DNA from: Escherichia coli
GTDB lineage: Bacteria; Pseudomonadota; Gammaproteobacteria; Enterobacterales; Enterobacteriaceae
Assembly: GCF_036507355.1 (NCBI RefSeq)
Contig: NZ_AP027878.1
Reading direction: 5' to 3' (one strand)
Length of the DNA: 64,000 nt
Shown here: one piece after another, positions 23,432-32,548 of the stretch
Position numbering within the stretch: position 1 is the first letter of the stretch
Layout: each line of letters opens with the position of its first letter
The notes under the pieces: model-generated
The model's database searches: none
Told to the model about the DNA's origin: nothing
Seen by the model: the letters and a program-made list of their open reading frames with translations, nothing else
Made by a program: the position numbers and the translations under genes

Positions 23432-25372
23432 ATGAAAAAAGAAACGATTTTTTCCGAAGTAGAAACGGCTAACAGCAAGCAACTGGCTGTGTTGAAAGCT
23501 AATTTCCCACAGTGTTTTGATAAAAACGGAGCCTTCATTCAAGAAAAATTGCTTGAGATTATTAGAGCATCGGAGGTTGAACTCTCTAAAGAATCATACA
23601 GTTTAAACTGGCTGGGTAAATCTTATGCCCGTTTGTTGGCCAATCTACCACCGAAAACGTTGTTGGCAGAAGATAAAACACATAACCAACAAGAAGAGAA
23701 CAAGAACAGTCAAAACCTGTTAATCAAAGGGGATAACCTCGAAGTATTGAAGCATATGGTTAATGCTTATGCTGAAAAGGTGAATATGATTTACATTGAC
23801 CCACCATACAATACGGGTAAAGATGGATTCGTCTATAACGATGATCGCAAGTTTACACCAGAACAGCTTTCTGAACTGGCAGGTATCGAGCTTGATGAGG
23901 CTAACCGCATACTTGAATTTACCACCAAGGGTTCAAGCAGTCATAGTGCATGGCTGACATTCATTTATCCTCGTCTTTATATTGCACGTGAACTTTTAAA
24001 AGAGGATGGAGTAATATTCATCTCCATAGACGATAACGAAGATAAACAGTTGGGATTATTATGCGACGAAGTATTTGGGCAAGGTAATTTTGTTGCAAAA
24101 CTCCCTACAATCATGAATCTCAAAGGCAATCATGATAACTTTGGCTTTTCAGATACGCATGAATATATATATGTATACGCTAAAAACAAAGATGTTTGTA
24201 GTTTGGGGCAATTCGATATTGATGAAAGTGAAGTTGAAAAAGAGTGGGATGAAGATGAATATGGGCTATTTAAAAGAGCTGATACATTAAAGCGTACTGG
24301 CCAAGATGCTTCTAGAAAATCAAGACCAAAAGGTTGGTTTCCGGTATTCATCAATTCAGAAAATAAGGTTTATGTAACAGATGATGATAAACCTCTTAAC
24401 GAAGATGACTATGTACTTTACCCAGTAAGCCCTACGGGTGAAGAGCTTTCATGGTCGTGGGGAAAGAAAAAAATAAATGATGAGTTTTATAATCTAATAG
24501 TAATAGATATAAAAGATGGTAAAAATATCTATAAAAAACAGCGGCCTGCTCTTGGAGAGCTACCAACTAAAAAGCCAAAATCAATTTGGTATAAACCTGA
24601 ATATAGTACAAGCACGGCGACAACTGAGCTTAAAAATCTTTTAGGTGCAAAATTATTTGAAGGACCAAAACCTGTTCCTCTTATAACCGATCTTGTAAAA
24701 ATAGGAACAAAAAAGGATTCATTAGTTCTTGACTTTTTTGCTGGCTCTGGTACGACAGCAGAAGCTGTTGCATATTTAAATGAAAAAGATTCAGGCTGTA
24801 GGAATTTTATATGCATACAAAAAGATGAAGTTATAAATAAAACAAAGAATGCCTATTCTCTTGGCTATAGATCTATTTTTGAAATAACAAAAAAAAGGAT
24901 ACAGGAGGTATTTAAAAAAAGCACAACCACAAGTGATAATGCGGCTAAAATAGGTTTCAAAGTGATTCATACTATTGATGACTTTAGAGCAAAAGTTGAG
25001 TCTGAACTTACGCTCACTAATCATACATTCTTTGATGATGCGGTATTAACGCCTGAACAGTATGATGCCCTATTGACTACATGGTGTGTATATGATGGTA
25101 GCTTGTTAACAACACCTATTGAAGATGTTGATCTTAGTGGCTATACAGCACACTTTTGCAATGGCCGTCTGTATTTGATTGCACCTAATTTTACTAGCGA
25201 AGCATTGAAAGCGTTGCTCCAAAAGCTGGATTCAGATGAAGATTTTGCCCCAAACAAAGTCGTGTTTTATGGTTGTAACTTTGAAAGTGCAAAACAAAGG
25301 GAGCTTAATGAGGCGCTAAAAAGTTATGCTAACAAAAAATCTATTGAGTTAGATTTAGTGGTAAGGAACTAA
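23432..25372 (+). CDS. mod: Type III restriction-modification methyltransferase Mod (EcoP1I-like)
   Basis: 646 aa from MKKETIF...; IYIDPPYNTG motif IV; AT-rich; directly precedes res. Track ORF starts 23411. Confidence 0.85.
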   Translation: MKKETIFSEVETANSKQLAVLKANFPQCFDKNGAFIQEKLLEIIRASEVELSKESYSLNWLGKSYARLLANLPPKTLLAEDKTHNQQEENKNSQNLLIKGDNLEVLKHMVNAYAEKVNMIYIDPPYNTGKDGFVYNDDRKFTPEQLSELAGIELDEANRILEFTTKGSSSHSAWLTFIYPRLYIARELLKEDGVIFISIDDNEDKQLGLLCDEVFGQGNFVAKLPTIMNLKGNHDNFGFSDTHEYIYVYAKNKDVCSLGQFDIDESEVEKEWDEDEYGLFKRADTLKRTGQDASRKSRPKGWFPVFINSENKVYVTDDDKPLNEDDYVLYPVSPTGEELSWSWGKKKINDEFYNLIVIDIKDGKNIYKKQRPALGELPTKKPKSIWYKPEYSTSTATTELKNLLGAKLFEGPKPVPLITDLVKIGTKKDSLVLDFFAGSGTTAEAVAYLNEKDSGCRNFICIQKDEVINKTKNAYSLGYRSIFEITKKRIQEVFKKSTTTSDNAAKIGFKVIHTIDDFRAKVESELTLTNHTFFDDAVLTPEQYDALLTTWCVYDGSLLTTPIEDVDLSGYTAHFCNGRLYLIAPNFTSEALKALLQKLDSDEDFAPNKVVFYGCNFESAKQRELNEALKSYANKKSIELDLVVRN

Positions 25373-25374
25373 TC

Positions 25375-28287
25375 ATGTCAAAAGGGTTCACATTCGAAAA
25401 GAACTTACCGCATCAGAAAGCAGGTGTCGATGCGGTGATGAACGTTTTTGTTTCCGCGACATCTCATCAGGAGGATAATGTTTCTATTCGCCTGTTAGTT
25501 AATCCAGAATTACGGCTTACTGAACAGCAATACTATAAAAATATAAAAAAAGTTCAGGAACTCAATGGTATTGAACATGTAAAAAATAATTACGATGCTA
25601 GAAGCAACGTAATTGATGTTTCTATGGAGACAGGTACAGGTAAAACGTATACCTACACTAAAACAATTTTTGATCTGAACAAATCATTTGGCATTAATAA
25701 GTTTATCATTATTGTTCCTACTCTATCGATCAAAGCTGGAACAGTGAACTTTTTGAAAAGCGATGCGTTAAAAGAACACTTTAGAGATGATTATGAGCGT
25801 GAAATAAAGACTTACGTTGTTGAAAGTCAGAAAAATGCCGGTAAAAGCACAAAATCGTATATGCCTCAAGCTATACATGATTTTGTTGAAGCTAGTAATT
25901 TCAATAAGAAATATATACACGTTCTTGTTATTAACACGGGAATGATTCACTCTAAGAATTTAAATTCCACTTATGATGTTGGCTTGCTTGACAATCATTT
26001 TGATTCTCCCTTTTCAGCTCTTGGTGCGGTAAAACCATTCATTATCATTGATGAACCACATAAATTTCCTACTGGTAAAAAGACATGGGAAAATATAGAG
26101 AAGTTTAATGCTCAATATATTATCCGCTACGGTGCGACCTTTAGTGAAGGCTATAAGAATTTAGTTTATCGACTTACAGCTGTGGATGCATTTAATGAAG
26201 ACCTTGTTAAAGGTATTGATGCGTACATTGAGGATATTGTTGGTGATGGTGACGCCAACCTAAAGTTCATTAAATCTGATGGGGAAGAAGTTACATTTGA
26301 GCTAAATGAAAATAACAAGAAAACTTTATTTAAGTTAACAAAAGGTGAATCTCTATCTAAGACACATAGTGCTATTCACGATTTAACTCTTGATGCCTTA
26401 GGCAAGAATACAGTAGTGTTGAGTAATGGTATTGAGCTAAAAATTGGTTGCTCAATAAACCCCTATTCTTACGATCAGACACTTGCTGACAGCATGATGA
26501 GGAAAGCTATCAAAGAACACTTTAAGTTAGAAAAAGAGTTTCTGACACAAAGGCCACGCATAAAGCCTCTTACTCTTTTCTTTATTGATGATATTGAAGG
26601 TTATCGTGACGGTAATAATATTGCCGGAAGTTTGAAAGCTAAGTTCGAAGAATATGTTTTGGCAGAAGCTAATGAACTGTTAAAAATAGAAAAAGATGAG
26701 TTTTATAGTAACTATCTTGAAAAAACAGTTAAAGATATATCTTCCGTTCATGGCGGTTATTTTTCAAAAGATAACAGTGATAAGGATGATAAAATCGAGA
26801 AGGAAATCAACGAAATCCTTCATGACAAAGAGCTTTTGCTGTCTTTAGATAATCCACGTCGTTTCATTTTCTCCAAATGGACGTTGCGTGAGGGATGGGA
26901 TAATCCTAATGTCTTTCAGATCTGTAAGCTCCGTTCGAGCGGTAGTACCACATCCAAGCTTCAAGAGGTAGGGCGCGGTTTGCGTCTTCCTGTGAATGAA
27001 TACATGTGTCGAGTGAAAGACCGCAATTTTACCCTTAAATATTATGTCGATTTTACAGAAAAGGATTTTGTTGACTCACTTGTTAAAGAGGTCAATGAGA
27101 GTTCTTTCAAAGAAAGGGTTCCAAGTAAGTTTACTCAAGAGCTTAAGGAACAAATCAGGGCTCAGTATCCTGAGCTTTCATCCAGAGCACTAATGAATGA
27201 ACTTTTCAATGATGAAATCATTGATGACAATGATAATTTCAAAGATTCAGATGCCTACAGCCGCTTAAAATCCAAATATCCAGCAGCATTCCCTATAGGA
27301 GTGAAACCAGGTAAAATCAAAAAAGCTACTGATGGAAAAAGACGCACTAAAATGCGTGTTGGTAAGTTCAGTGAGCTGAAAGAACTATGGGAATTAATCA
27401 ATCAAAAAGCGGTGATTGAGTACAAAATAAACAGTGAAAATGAGTTTTTATCCATTTTCAAGTCATTCATGCTCGAAGAAACAGAACGATTTACCAAATC
27501 AGGCGTTCATACTCGCATTGATAAAATTTACATCCACAATGATATGGCAATGTCGAAAAGCATTGTTAGTGATGACGATGACTTTGCTAAGCTAAACACA
27601 ATGAGTTATCGAGAGTTTCTCGATAACTTATCACAGACTATTTTTGTTAAACACGATACTTTACATAAAGTTTTTTGTGATATAAAAGACACTATTAATA
27701 TCACTGAATACCTGAATATTCAAACAATCAGAAAAATTAAATCTGGTTTTAGTAAGTATTTGTTGAACAATTCGTTTAATAAATTCAGCCTCGGATATAA
27801 TTTGATTTCGGGTTCAATTCATCCCACAAAGTTCACAAATGCTGATGGTAAGCCTCTAGACGAGGTATTATCAAGTGATCTTGGTGTATTACAGGATAAT
27901 TCAAAAGCACCATTAGATACTTATCTTTTTGAAGAAGTTTTTTATGATTCAGAGCTTGAAAGGCGTAATATAACAGATAGAGAGATCCAGTCTGTTGTTG
28001 TTTTTTCAAAGATACCGAAGAATTCTATTAAGATCCCGGTAGCTGGTGGATACACTTACTCACCCGATTTTGCTTATGTTGTAAAAACAGCAGAAGGTGA
28101 TTATCTTAACTTTATCATTGAAACAAAAAACGTAGATAGTAAGGATAGTTTACGGCTTGAAGAAAAAAAGAAAATTGAACATGCCCAGGCGCTTTTCAAT
28201 CAAATAAGTCAGTCTGTTAAAGTTGAATTCAAAACGCAGTTTGCTAATGATGATATTTATCAGTTAATCAAGAGCGCATTACCATAA
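25375..28287 (+). CDS. res: Type III restriction endonuclease Res (EcoP1I-like)
   Basis: 970 aa; METGTGKTYTY Walker A, IIIDEPHKF DEPH box. Confidence 0.85.
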   Translation: MSKGFTFEKNLPHQKAGVDAVMNVFVSATSHQEDNVSIRLLVNPELRLTEQQYYKNIKKVQELNGIEHVKNNYDARSNVIDVSMETGTGKTYTYTKTIFDLNKSFGINKFIIIVPTLSIKAGTVNFLKSDALKEHFRDDYEREIKTYVVESQKNAGKSTKSYMPQAIHDFVEASNFNKKYIHVLVINTGMIHSKNLNSTYDVGLLDNHFDSPFSALGAVKPFIIIDEPHKFPTGKKTWENIEKFNAQYIIRYGATFSEGYKNLVYRLTAVDAFNEDLVKGIDAYIEDIVGDGDANLKFIKSDGEEVTFELNENNKKTLFKLTKGESLSKTHSAIHDLTLDALGKNTVVLSNGIELKIGCSINPYSYDQTLADSMMRKAIKEHFKLEKEFLTQRPRIKPLTLFFIDDIEGYRDGNNIAGSLKAKFEEYVLAEANELLKIEKDEFYSNYLEKTVKDISSVHGGYFSKDNSDKDDKIEKEINEILHDKELLLSLDNPRRFIFSKWTLREGWDNPNVFQICKLRSSGSTTSKLQEVGRGLRLPVNEYMCRVKDRNFTLKYYVDFTEKDFVDSLVKEVNESSFKERVPSKFTQELKEQIRAQYPELSSRALMNELFNDEIIDDNDNFKDSDAYSRLKSKYPAAFPIGVKPGKIKKATDGKRRTKMRVGKFSELKELWELINQKAVIEYKINSENEFLSIFKSFMLEETERFTKSGVHTRIDKIYIHNDMAMSKSIVSDDDDFAKLNTMSYREFLDNLSQTIFVKHDTLHKVFCDIKDTINITEYLNIQTIRKIKSGFSKYLLNNSFNKFSLGYNLISGSIHPTKFTNADGKPLDEVLSSDLGVLQDNSKAPLDTYLFEEVFYDSELERRNITDREIQSVVVFSKIPKNSIKIPVAGGYTYSPDFAYVVKTAEGDYLNFIIETKNVDSKDSLRLEEKKKIEHAQALFNQISQSVKVEFKTQFANDDIYQLIKSALP

Positions 28288-28296
28288 TTCCAGTTT

Positions 28297-28321
28297 AAAA
28301 GGAGGTGAAAACCTCCTTTTT
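28297..28321. terminator. Intrinsic terminator after res
   Basis: AAAAGGAGGT-GAAA-ACCTCCTTTT hairpin with T run. Confidence 0.7.
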
Positions 28322-28362
28322 ATGACATCCAACACGACCTGAAAGAAGTGGCGCTCAGGTCG

Positions 28363-29004
28363 TTAAAAATAGTTTCCCTTTCCAGTTAAGATTCCATGTG
28401 GAACGCTTTTTTCCGCAAGTCTCTGTGTGCCGCGAATTATGTTAATCAGTGGGCTTAGTAACGATGGTTCCTGGCGTGGCTCAACTTCTCCAGCCATTGC
28501 CCTGATGTAGTCGGAGTTTGCAACGTTGTTGTATTCCGTTGCGAAGCAGCATAACAACGTCAGAACGTGCTCTGTCGTTATTTCGCTCCAGTTGATGTTG
28601 AAAAATTCATCGCCTTTTTTGTCATGTTCGGAATCGAAGATGCTTTGGTGGAGGATGTATTTGCCGGATTCCTTGCGCGGTAACTTGATCGCTTTCTGGC
28701 GTTCTAATTCCTTGTAAATCTGCATTGCTTCAATCAGTACCGGTCTACCGTTCATGAAGGGATCACGCAACCTTACACGCTGGCCAACTCGTCCAGTAAT
28801 AAAGCTGTTTTCCTCTTCCACCAGCACGATAAAACCCTTTTCCTCTTTTTCTCGCAATTCGCGCAGCAGCTGGAGTTCCATATCGCGGCGGCGTTCAGGG
28901 TAGCTGGTCCGCTCAGCCATTATCAGCTCGTTATTGATCCATGCAGCAGTCATTGACGCCGGTTTGCCGACGCTCATCGAAACAACGCATATTTTCTTAT
29001 CCAT
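28363..29004 (-). CDS. mat: Mat-like protein (particle maturation), hypothetical
   Basis: 213 aa from ATG 29004 (MDKKICVV...) with AGGGGG RBS; track ORF extends to 29151. Confidence 0.45.
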   Translation of the reverse strand: MDKKICVVSMSVGKPASMTAAWINNELIMAERTSYPERRRDMELQLLRELREKEEKGFIVLVEEENSFITGRVGQRVRLRDPFMNGRPVLIEAMQIYKELERQKAIKLPRKESGKYILHQSIFDSEHDKKGDEFFNINWSEITTEHVLTLLCCFATEYNNVANSDYIRAMAGEVEPRQEPSLLSPLINIIRGTQRLAEKSVPHGILTGKGNYF

Positions 29005-29193
29005 AGCGCCCCCTACAAAAAAGAAAAGCCACCAGCGGCGGCTTAGCAATACAACTGAAGGTAGCGCCCGGTACTCAGACTGTGCCGTCCATGGAATATT
29101 TGAAAAGGGATCCATCCGTACCGGGCGTGTGATGATTCTGACTGAAGTCACTTGTCAGTTGTCAATCATTTATCATTAAAAATAATATATTTA

Positions 29194-29754
29194 TTAGTGC
29201 ATGATGTTTGCCATCTCATAGGCGTCAGCCAGTAACTCCATCTCTGACTTGTTCAGCAAGGTGAATTCTTTCTTGCCTCCAACCACACCATCGGCATGAA
29301 CAGGGACCAGCCATGGGTATTTTTCTCTTACTTCAGCCGGAGCTGCATGCTGGTGGTGCCATCTACAAAGTGGCAATTGCTTTTTATGACAACCCGGCGC
29401 GGTACGACCGGCGATATGGTGCAGAGACACCTCATTAGATATTACTCCATGCATATAGCAGGCAATGCAGGGGAGAGCGCCAAGAGCATTGGCGATGCGC
29501 CGTTCCTCCGCCGTTGGTGTTCTCCCCTTCAAGCCACGAGATTTTATTTTTACCGCGCTTTTCCGCGTTTTGCTGGCTGGTGGGCGCTCTTTCTGTTTAG
29601 CGATACGGCGGTCGAGAGTATCCCGCATTTTCTGATATTGAGATTCTCGCCAGACCGGATCAGCCAACTTCTCCCGTTGCCGAGCGATCGCTCGTTCTCT
29701 GGCTGCCTTCTGCCACTTGCGGCACTGTTCAATTTTTTGTTCGATTGTTTTCAT
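29194..29754 (-). CDS. ref: Ref, HNH endonuclease (recombination enhancement function)
   Basis: 186 aa from MKTIEQKIEQ...; C-terminal CIACYMHG...HHIAGR...CRWHHQ HNH motif. Confidence 0.8.
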   Translation of the reverse strand: MKTIEQKIEQCRKWQKAARERAIARQREKLADPVWRESQYQKMRDTLDRRIAKQKERPPASKTRKSAVKIKSRGLKGRTPTAEERRIANALGALPCIACYMHGVISNEVSLHHIAGRTAPGCHKKQLPLCRWHHQHAAPAEVREKYPWLVPVHADGVVGGKKEFTLLNKSEMELLADAYEMANIMH

Positions 29755-29852
29755 ATGGCAAAAAAAAGGCGGCCTAATGGCCGCCAATGATGTCAAGGAG
29801 TGAAGTAATGGCAACGTCTTCGTAGTTGACAAAAACTGCGGCTCAATTATAG

Positions 29853-29869
29853 CAATCAATTAGAGCAAT
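29853..29869. promoter_or_regulatory. C1 operator-like site upstream of ref
   Basis: CAATCAATTAGAGCAAT (3 mismatches to consensus) with a second partial copy just upstream. Confidence 0.45.
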
Positions 29870-29975
29870 GATAGATATTTTGTTTATCGCGAATCACATT
29901 TTTTCACTTCAGTACCTGTGTGCTATACTCCTTCTTGATTGATTGGATGCGGAATACAAACCCGCTCTTTTGTGC

Positions 29976-30004
29976 AGCCTGGCTCCTTGCCAGGCTTTTT
30001 TTTA
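29976..30004 (+). terminator. Plus-strand intrinsic terminator abutting cra stop
   Basis: AGCCTGGC-TCCTT-GCCAGGCT followed by eight T on the plus strand only. Confidence 0.55.
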
Positions 30005-30313
30005 TTTCATCATGGAAGCTGTTAACGCTTTGGACCTTGCTGAACTGATTGAAAGGACATTGTTAACCTTACCCAAGAGTTCGCCAAACTCAGACATCAC
30101 TTTAGCAAAACCGCGCCGTGCTTCTTCCTCGGTGGCATTCATCACGAAATGTTCAGCACTACGCATACTTTTGACAGGAAACGCAACGGATATTGAGTCA
30201 ATATCAGGCATTCTATCGCTCAGCTTTACAGTGACAATGACGGCTGGCGACTGAATATTAGTGCTTACAGACAGCACTACATATTTTCCGTCGATGTTGA
30301 AATCCTTTCTCAT
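30002..30313 (-). CDS. cra: Cra (cre-associated function)
   Basis: 103-aa ORF between ref and cre with GGTGA RBS; position as in P1. Confidence 0.55.
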   Translation of the reverse strand: MRKDFNIDGKYVVLSVSTNIQSPAVIVTVKLSDRMPDIDSISVAFPVKSMRSAEHFVMNATEEEARRGFAKVMSEFGELLGKVNNVLSISSARSKALTASMMK

Positions 30314-30363
30314 ATGTCACCATAAATATCAAATAATTATAGCAATCATTTACGCGTTAATGG

Positions 30364-31395
30364 CTAATCGCCATCTTCCAGCAGGCGCACCATTGCCCCT
30401 GTTTCACTATCCAGGTTACGGATATAGTTCATGACAATATTTACATTGGTCCAGCCACCAGCTTGCATGATCTCCGGTATTGAAACTCCAGCGCGGGCCA
30501 TATCTCGCGCGGCTCCGACACGGGCACTGTGTCCAGACCAGGCCAGGTATCTCTGACCAGAGTCATCCTTAGCGCCGTAAATCAATCGATGAGTTGCTTC
30601 AAAAATCCCTTCCAGGGCGCGAGTTGATAGCTGGCTGGTGGCAGATGGCGCGGCAACACCATTTTTTCTGACCCGGCAAAACAGGTAGTTATTCGGATCA
30701 TCAGCTACACCAGAGACGGAAATCCATCGCTCGACCAGTTTAGTTACCCCCAGGCTAAGTGCCTTCTCTACACCTGCGGTGCTAACCAGCGTTTTCGTTC
30801 TGCCAATATGGATTAACATTCTCCCACCGTCAGTACGTGAGATATCTTTAACCCTGATCCTGGCAATTTCGGCTATACGTAACAGGGTGTTATAAGCAAT
30901 CCCCAGAAATGCCAGATTACGTATATCCTGGCAGCGATCGCTATTTTCCATGAGTGAACGAACCTGGTCGAAATCAGTGCGTTCGAACGCTAGAGCCTGT
31001 TTTGCACGTTCACCGGCATCAACGTTTTCTTTTCGGATCCGCCGCATAACCAGTGAAACAGCATTGCTGTCACTTGGTCGTGGCAGCCCGGACCGACGAT
31101 GAAGCATGTTTAGCTGGCCCAAATGTTGCTGGATAGTTTTTACTGCCAGACCGCGCGCCTGAAGATATAGAAGATAATCGCGAACATCTTCAGGTTCTGC
31201 GGGAAACCATTTCCGGTTATTCAACTTGCACCATGCCGCCCACGACCGGCAAACGGACAGAAGCATTTTCCAGGTATGCTCAGAAAACGCCTGGCGATCC
31301 CTGAACATGTCCATCAGGTTCTTGCGAACCTCATCACTCGTTGCATCGACCGGTAATGCAGGCAAATTTTGGTGTACGGTCAGTAAATTGGACAT
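30364..31395 (-). CDS. cre: Cre tyrosine site-specific recombinase
   Basis: 343 aa MSNLLTVHQNLPALPVDATSDEVRKNLMDMFRDRQAFSEHTWKMLLSVCRSWAAWCKLNNRKWFPAEPEDVRDYLLYLQARGLAVKTIQQHLGQLNMLHRRSGLPRPSDSNAVSLVMRRIRKENVDAGERAKQALAFERTDFDQVRSLMENSDRCQDIRNLAFLGIAYNTLLRIAEIARIRVKDISRTDGGRMLIHIGRTKTLVSTAGVEKALSLGVTKLVERWISVSGVADDPNNYLFCRVRKNGVAAPSATSQLSTRALEGIFEATHRLIYGAKDDSGQRYLAWSGHSARVGAARDMARAGVSIPEIMQAGGWTNVNIVMNYIRNLDSETGAMVRLLEDGD, recognised as P1 Cre. Confidence 0.95.
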   Translation of the reverse strand: MSNLLTVHQNLPALPVDATSDEVRKNLMDMFRDRQAFSEHTWKMLLSVCRSWAAWCKLNNRKWFPAEPEDVRDYLLYLQARGLAVKTIQQHLGQLNMLHRRSGLPRPSDSNAVSLVMRRIRKENVDAGERAKQALAFERTDFDQVRSLMENSDRCQDIRNLAFLGIAYNTLLRIAEIARIRVKDISRTDGGRMLIHIGRTKTLVSTAGVEKALSLGVTKLVERWISVSGVADDPNNYLFCRVRKNGVAAPSATSQLSTRALEGIFEATHRLIYGAKDDSGQRYLAWSGHSARVGAARDMARAGVSIPEIMQAGGWTNVNIVMNYIRNLDSETGAMVRLLEDGD

Positions 31396-31402
31396 TTAAC
31401 AC

Positions 31403-31624
31403 TCAGATAATGGTTTTAAGTAAAGTGTACAGGATCGGCTCTGCCTTTACCTGTTTATGGTTCTCGTCATAGAAACGCCAGCGACCGCGCGTGCGTTCTA
31501 TTTTCTCTTCACCGCGCGATAATGACAGTTGGCAACTATCACGATCAAACCCTTTTGCCCGCCAGTAACCACGGTTTTTCTCAAGCTCAAGATGAGTGGA
31601 CACTTTAGCAGTTGAATATCCCAT
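31403..31624 (-). CDS. Small ORF in the loxP-cre leader (73 aa), hypothetical
   Basis: GAGGTG RBS 4 nt before ATG; ends 8 bp before cre start; preceded by the recurrent motif. Confidence 0.3.
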   Translation of the reverse strand: MGYSTAKVSTHLELEKNRGYWRAKGFDRDSCQLSLSRGEEKIERTRGRWRFYDENHKQVKAEPILYTLLKTII

Positions 31625-31813
31625 TTTTCACCTCTGATTGATTGGTGGTGCTAAGTGCGCTACGCGAAATCTGTAGGACTAACACCGCCAATTTTTCACA
31701 GATTTTACGTAGCGCAACCTTGATCAAATGATCAAGTGGTCACTATTTGACCTGCTAAGGTATTGAACTGTATGGATTTACAGGTAAATTGATCATATTC
31801 AATAACCCTTAAT

Positions 31814-31847
31814 ATAACTTCGTATAATGTATGCTATACGAAGTTAT
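31814..31847. other. loxP: loxP recombination site
   Basis: Exact ATAACTTCGTATA-ATGTATGC-TATACGAAGTTAT. Confidence 0.97.
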
Positions 31848-31880
31848 TAGGTCTGAAGAGGAGTTTACGTCCAGCTGCGC

Positions 31881-31897
31881 ATAAAAATCAAGAATTA
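31881..31897. promoter_or_regulatory. C1 operator (immC array)
   Basis: AGAATTATTAGAGCAAT, 2 mismatches to reverse-complement consensus. Confidence 0.6.
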
Positions 31898-31973
31898 TTA
31901 GAGCAATAAATTTTGAGAGAAAAATCCAACTCCACCAGCCAAAAACTGGATTGTTTTTCATAGTTGTTTGACA

Positions 31974-31990
31974 ATTGCTCTAATAAATTA
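31974..31990. promoter_or_regulatory. C1 operator overlapping a TTGACA -35 element
   Basis: ATTGCTCTAATAAATTA, one mismatch; TTGACA at 31969-31974. Confidence 0.65.
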
Positions 31991-32228
31991 TAGTTTTGCC
32001 GCCGTTTCGTAATACGACTTTGGATTCACTATTTAATGTGTCTTCAGCGTTGTAGAGCGGCTCAGAAGGAAATGAGCAAACAGGGAAACCTTATACAACG
32101 GCATTACAGCTATGCATTGCTCATCTTACACACAGCGCAATGTTGTTAGATTACCCCAGCATGGATCATGGGTGAAACAGTAGGTCAGAGCTTCAGGCTC
32201 TGTGTTGTCAATACAGTGAGGCATAATT

Positions 32229-32438
32229 ATGGCTTTCATTCCACCAACCATCGACGACGTTAGACATTGCTCTAACGCTTTATCTGTAGACCCCGCCGAA
32301 ACCGACGCTGCCCGCGCCATTGCTGAACACTACTCAAAGATATCCAATCAGGAGTACCGCATCACCCAAGACGACCTGGATGATCTCACTGACACAATCG
32401 AATATCTCATGGCCACTAACCAGCCAGACTCACAATAA
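32229..32438 (+). CDS. coi: Coi, C1 inactivator
   Basis: 69-aa ORF directly upstream of c1 as in P1. Confidence 0.75.
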   Translation: MAFIPPTIDDVRHCSNALSVDPAETDAARAIAEHYSKISNQEYRITQDDLDDLTDTIEYLMATNQPDSQ

Positions 32439-32548
32439 ATGCACTAATAAATCTATTATTTTCGTTGGATCCTTCTATAATGGTGGCCAACAACTCCCAG
32501 TGTAATCCGCTGTGAGTTGTTGGCCATGTCAATTCTGGAGGAGGATCA

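Noticed and set aside
29943-30254. 103-aa plus-strand ORF opposite cra
   Set aside because: Needs a TTG start, contains a strong plus-strand terminator within its first 20 codons, and overlaps cra, which has a proper RBS and fits operon context.
32126-32320. 64-aa minus-strand ORF overlapping the coi start
   Set aside because: Overlaps the immC promoter/operator region and coi; no RBS; could in principle correspond to small imc genes but cannot be supported from sequence.
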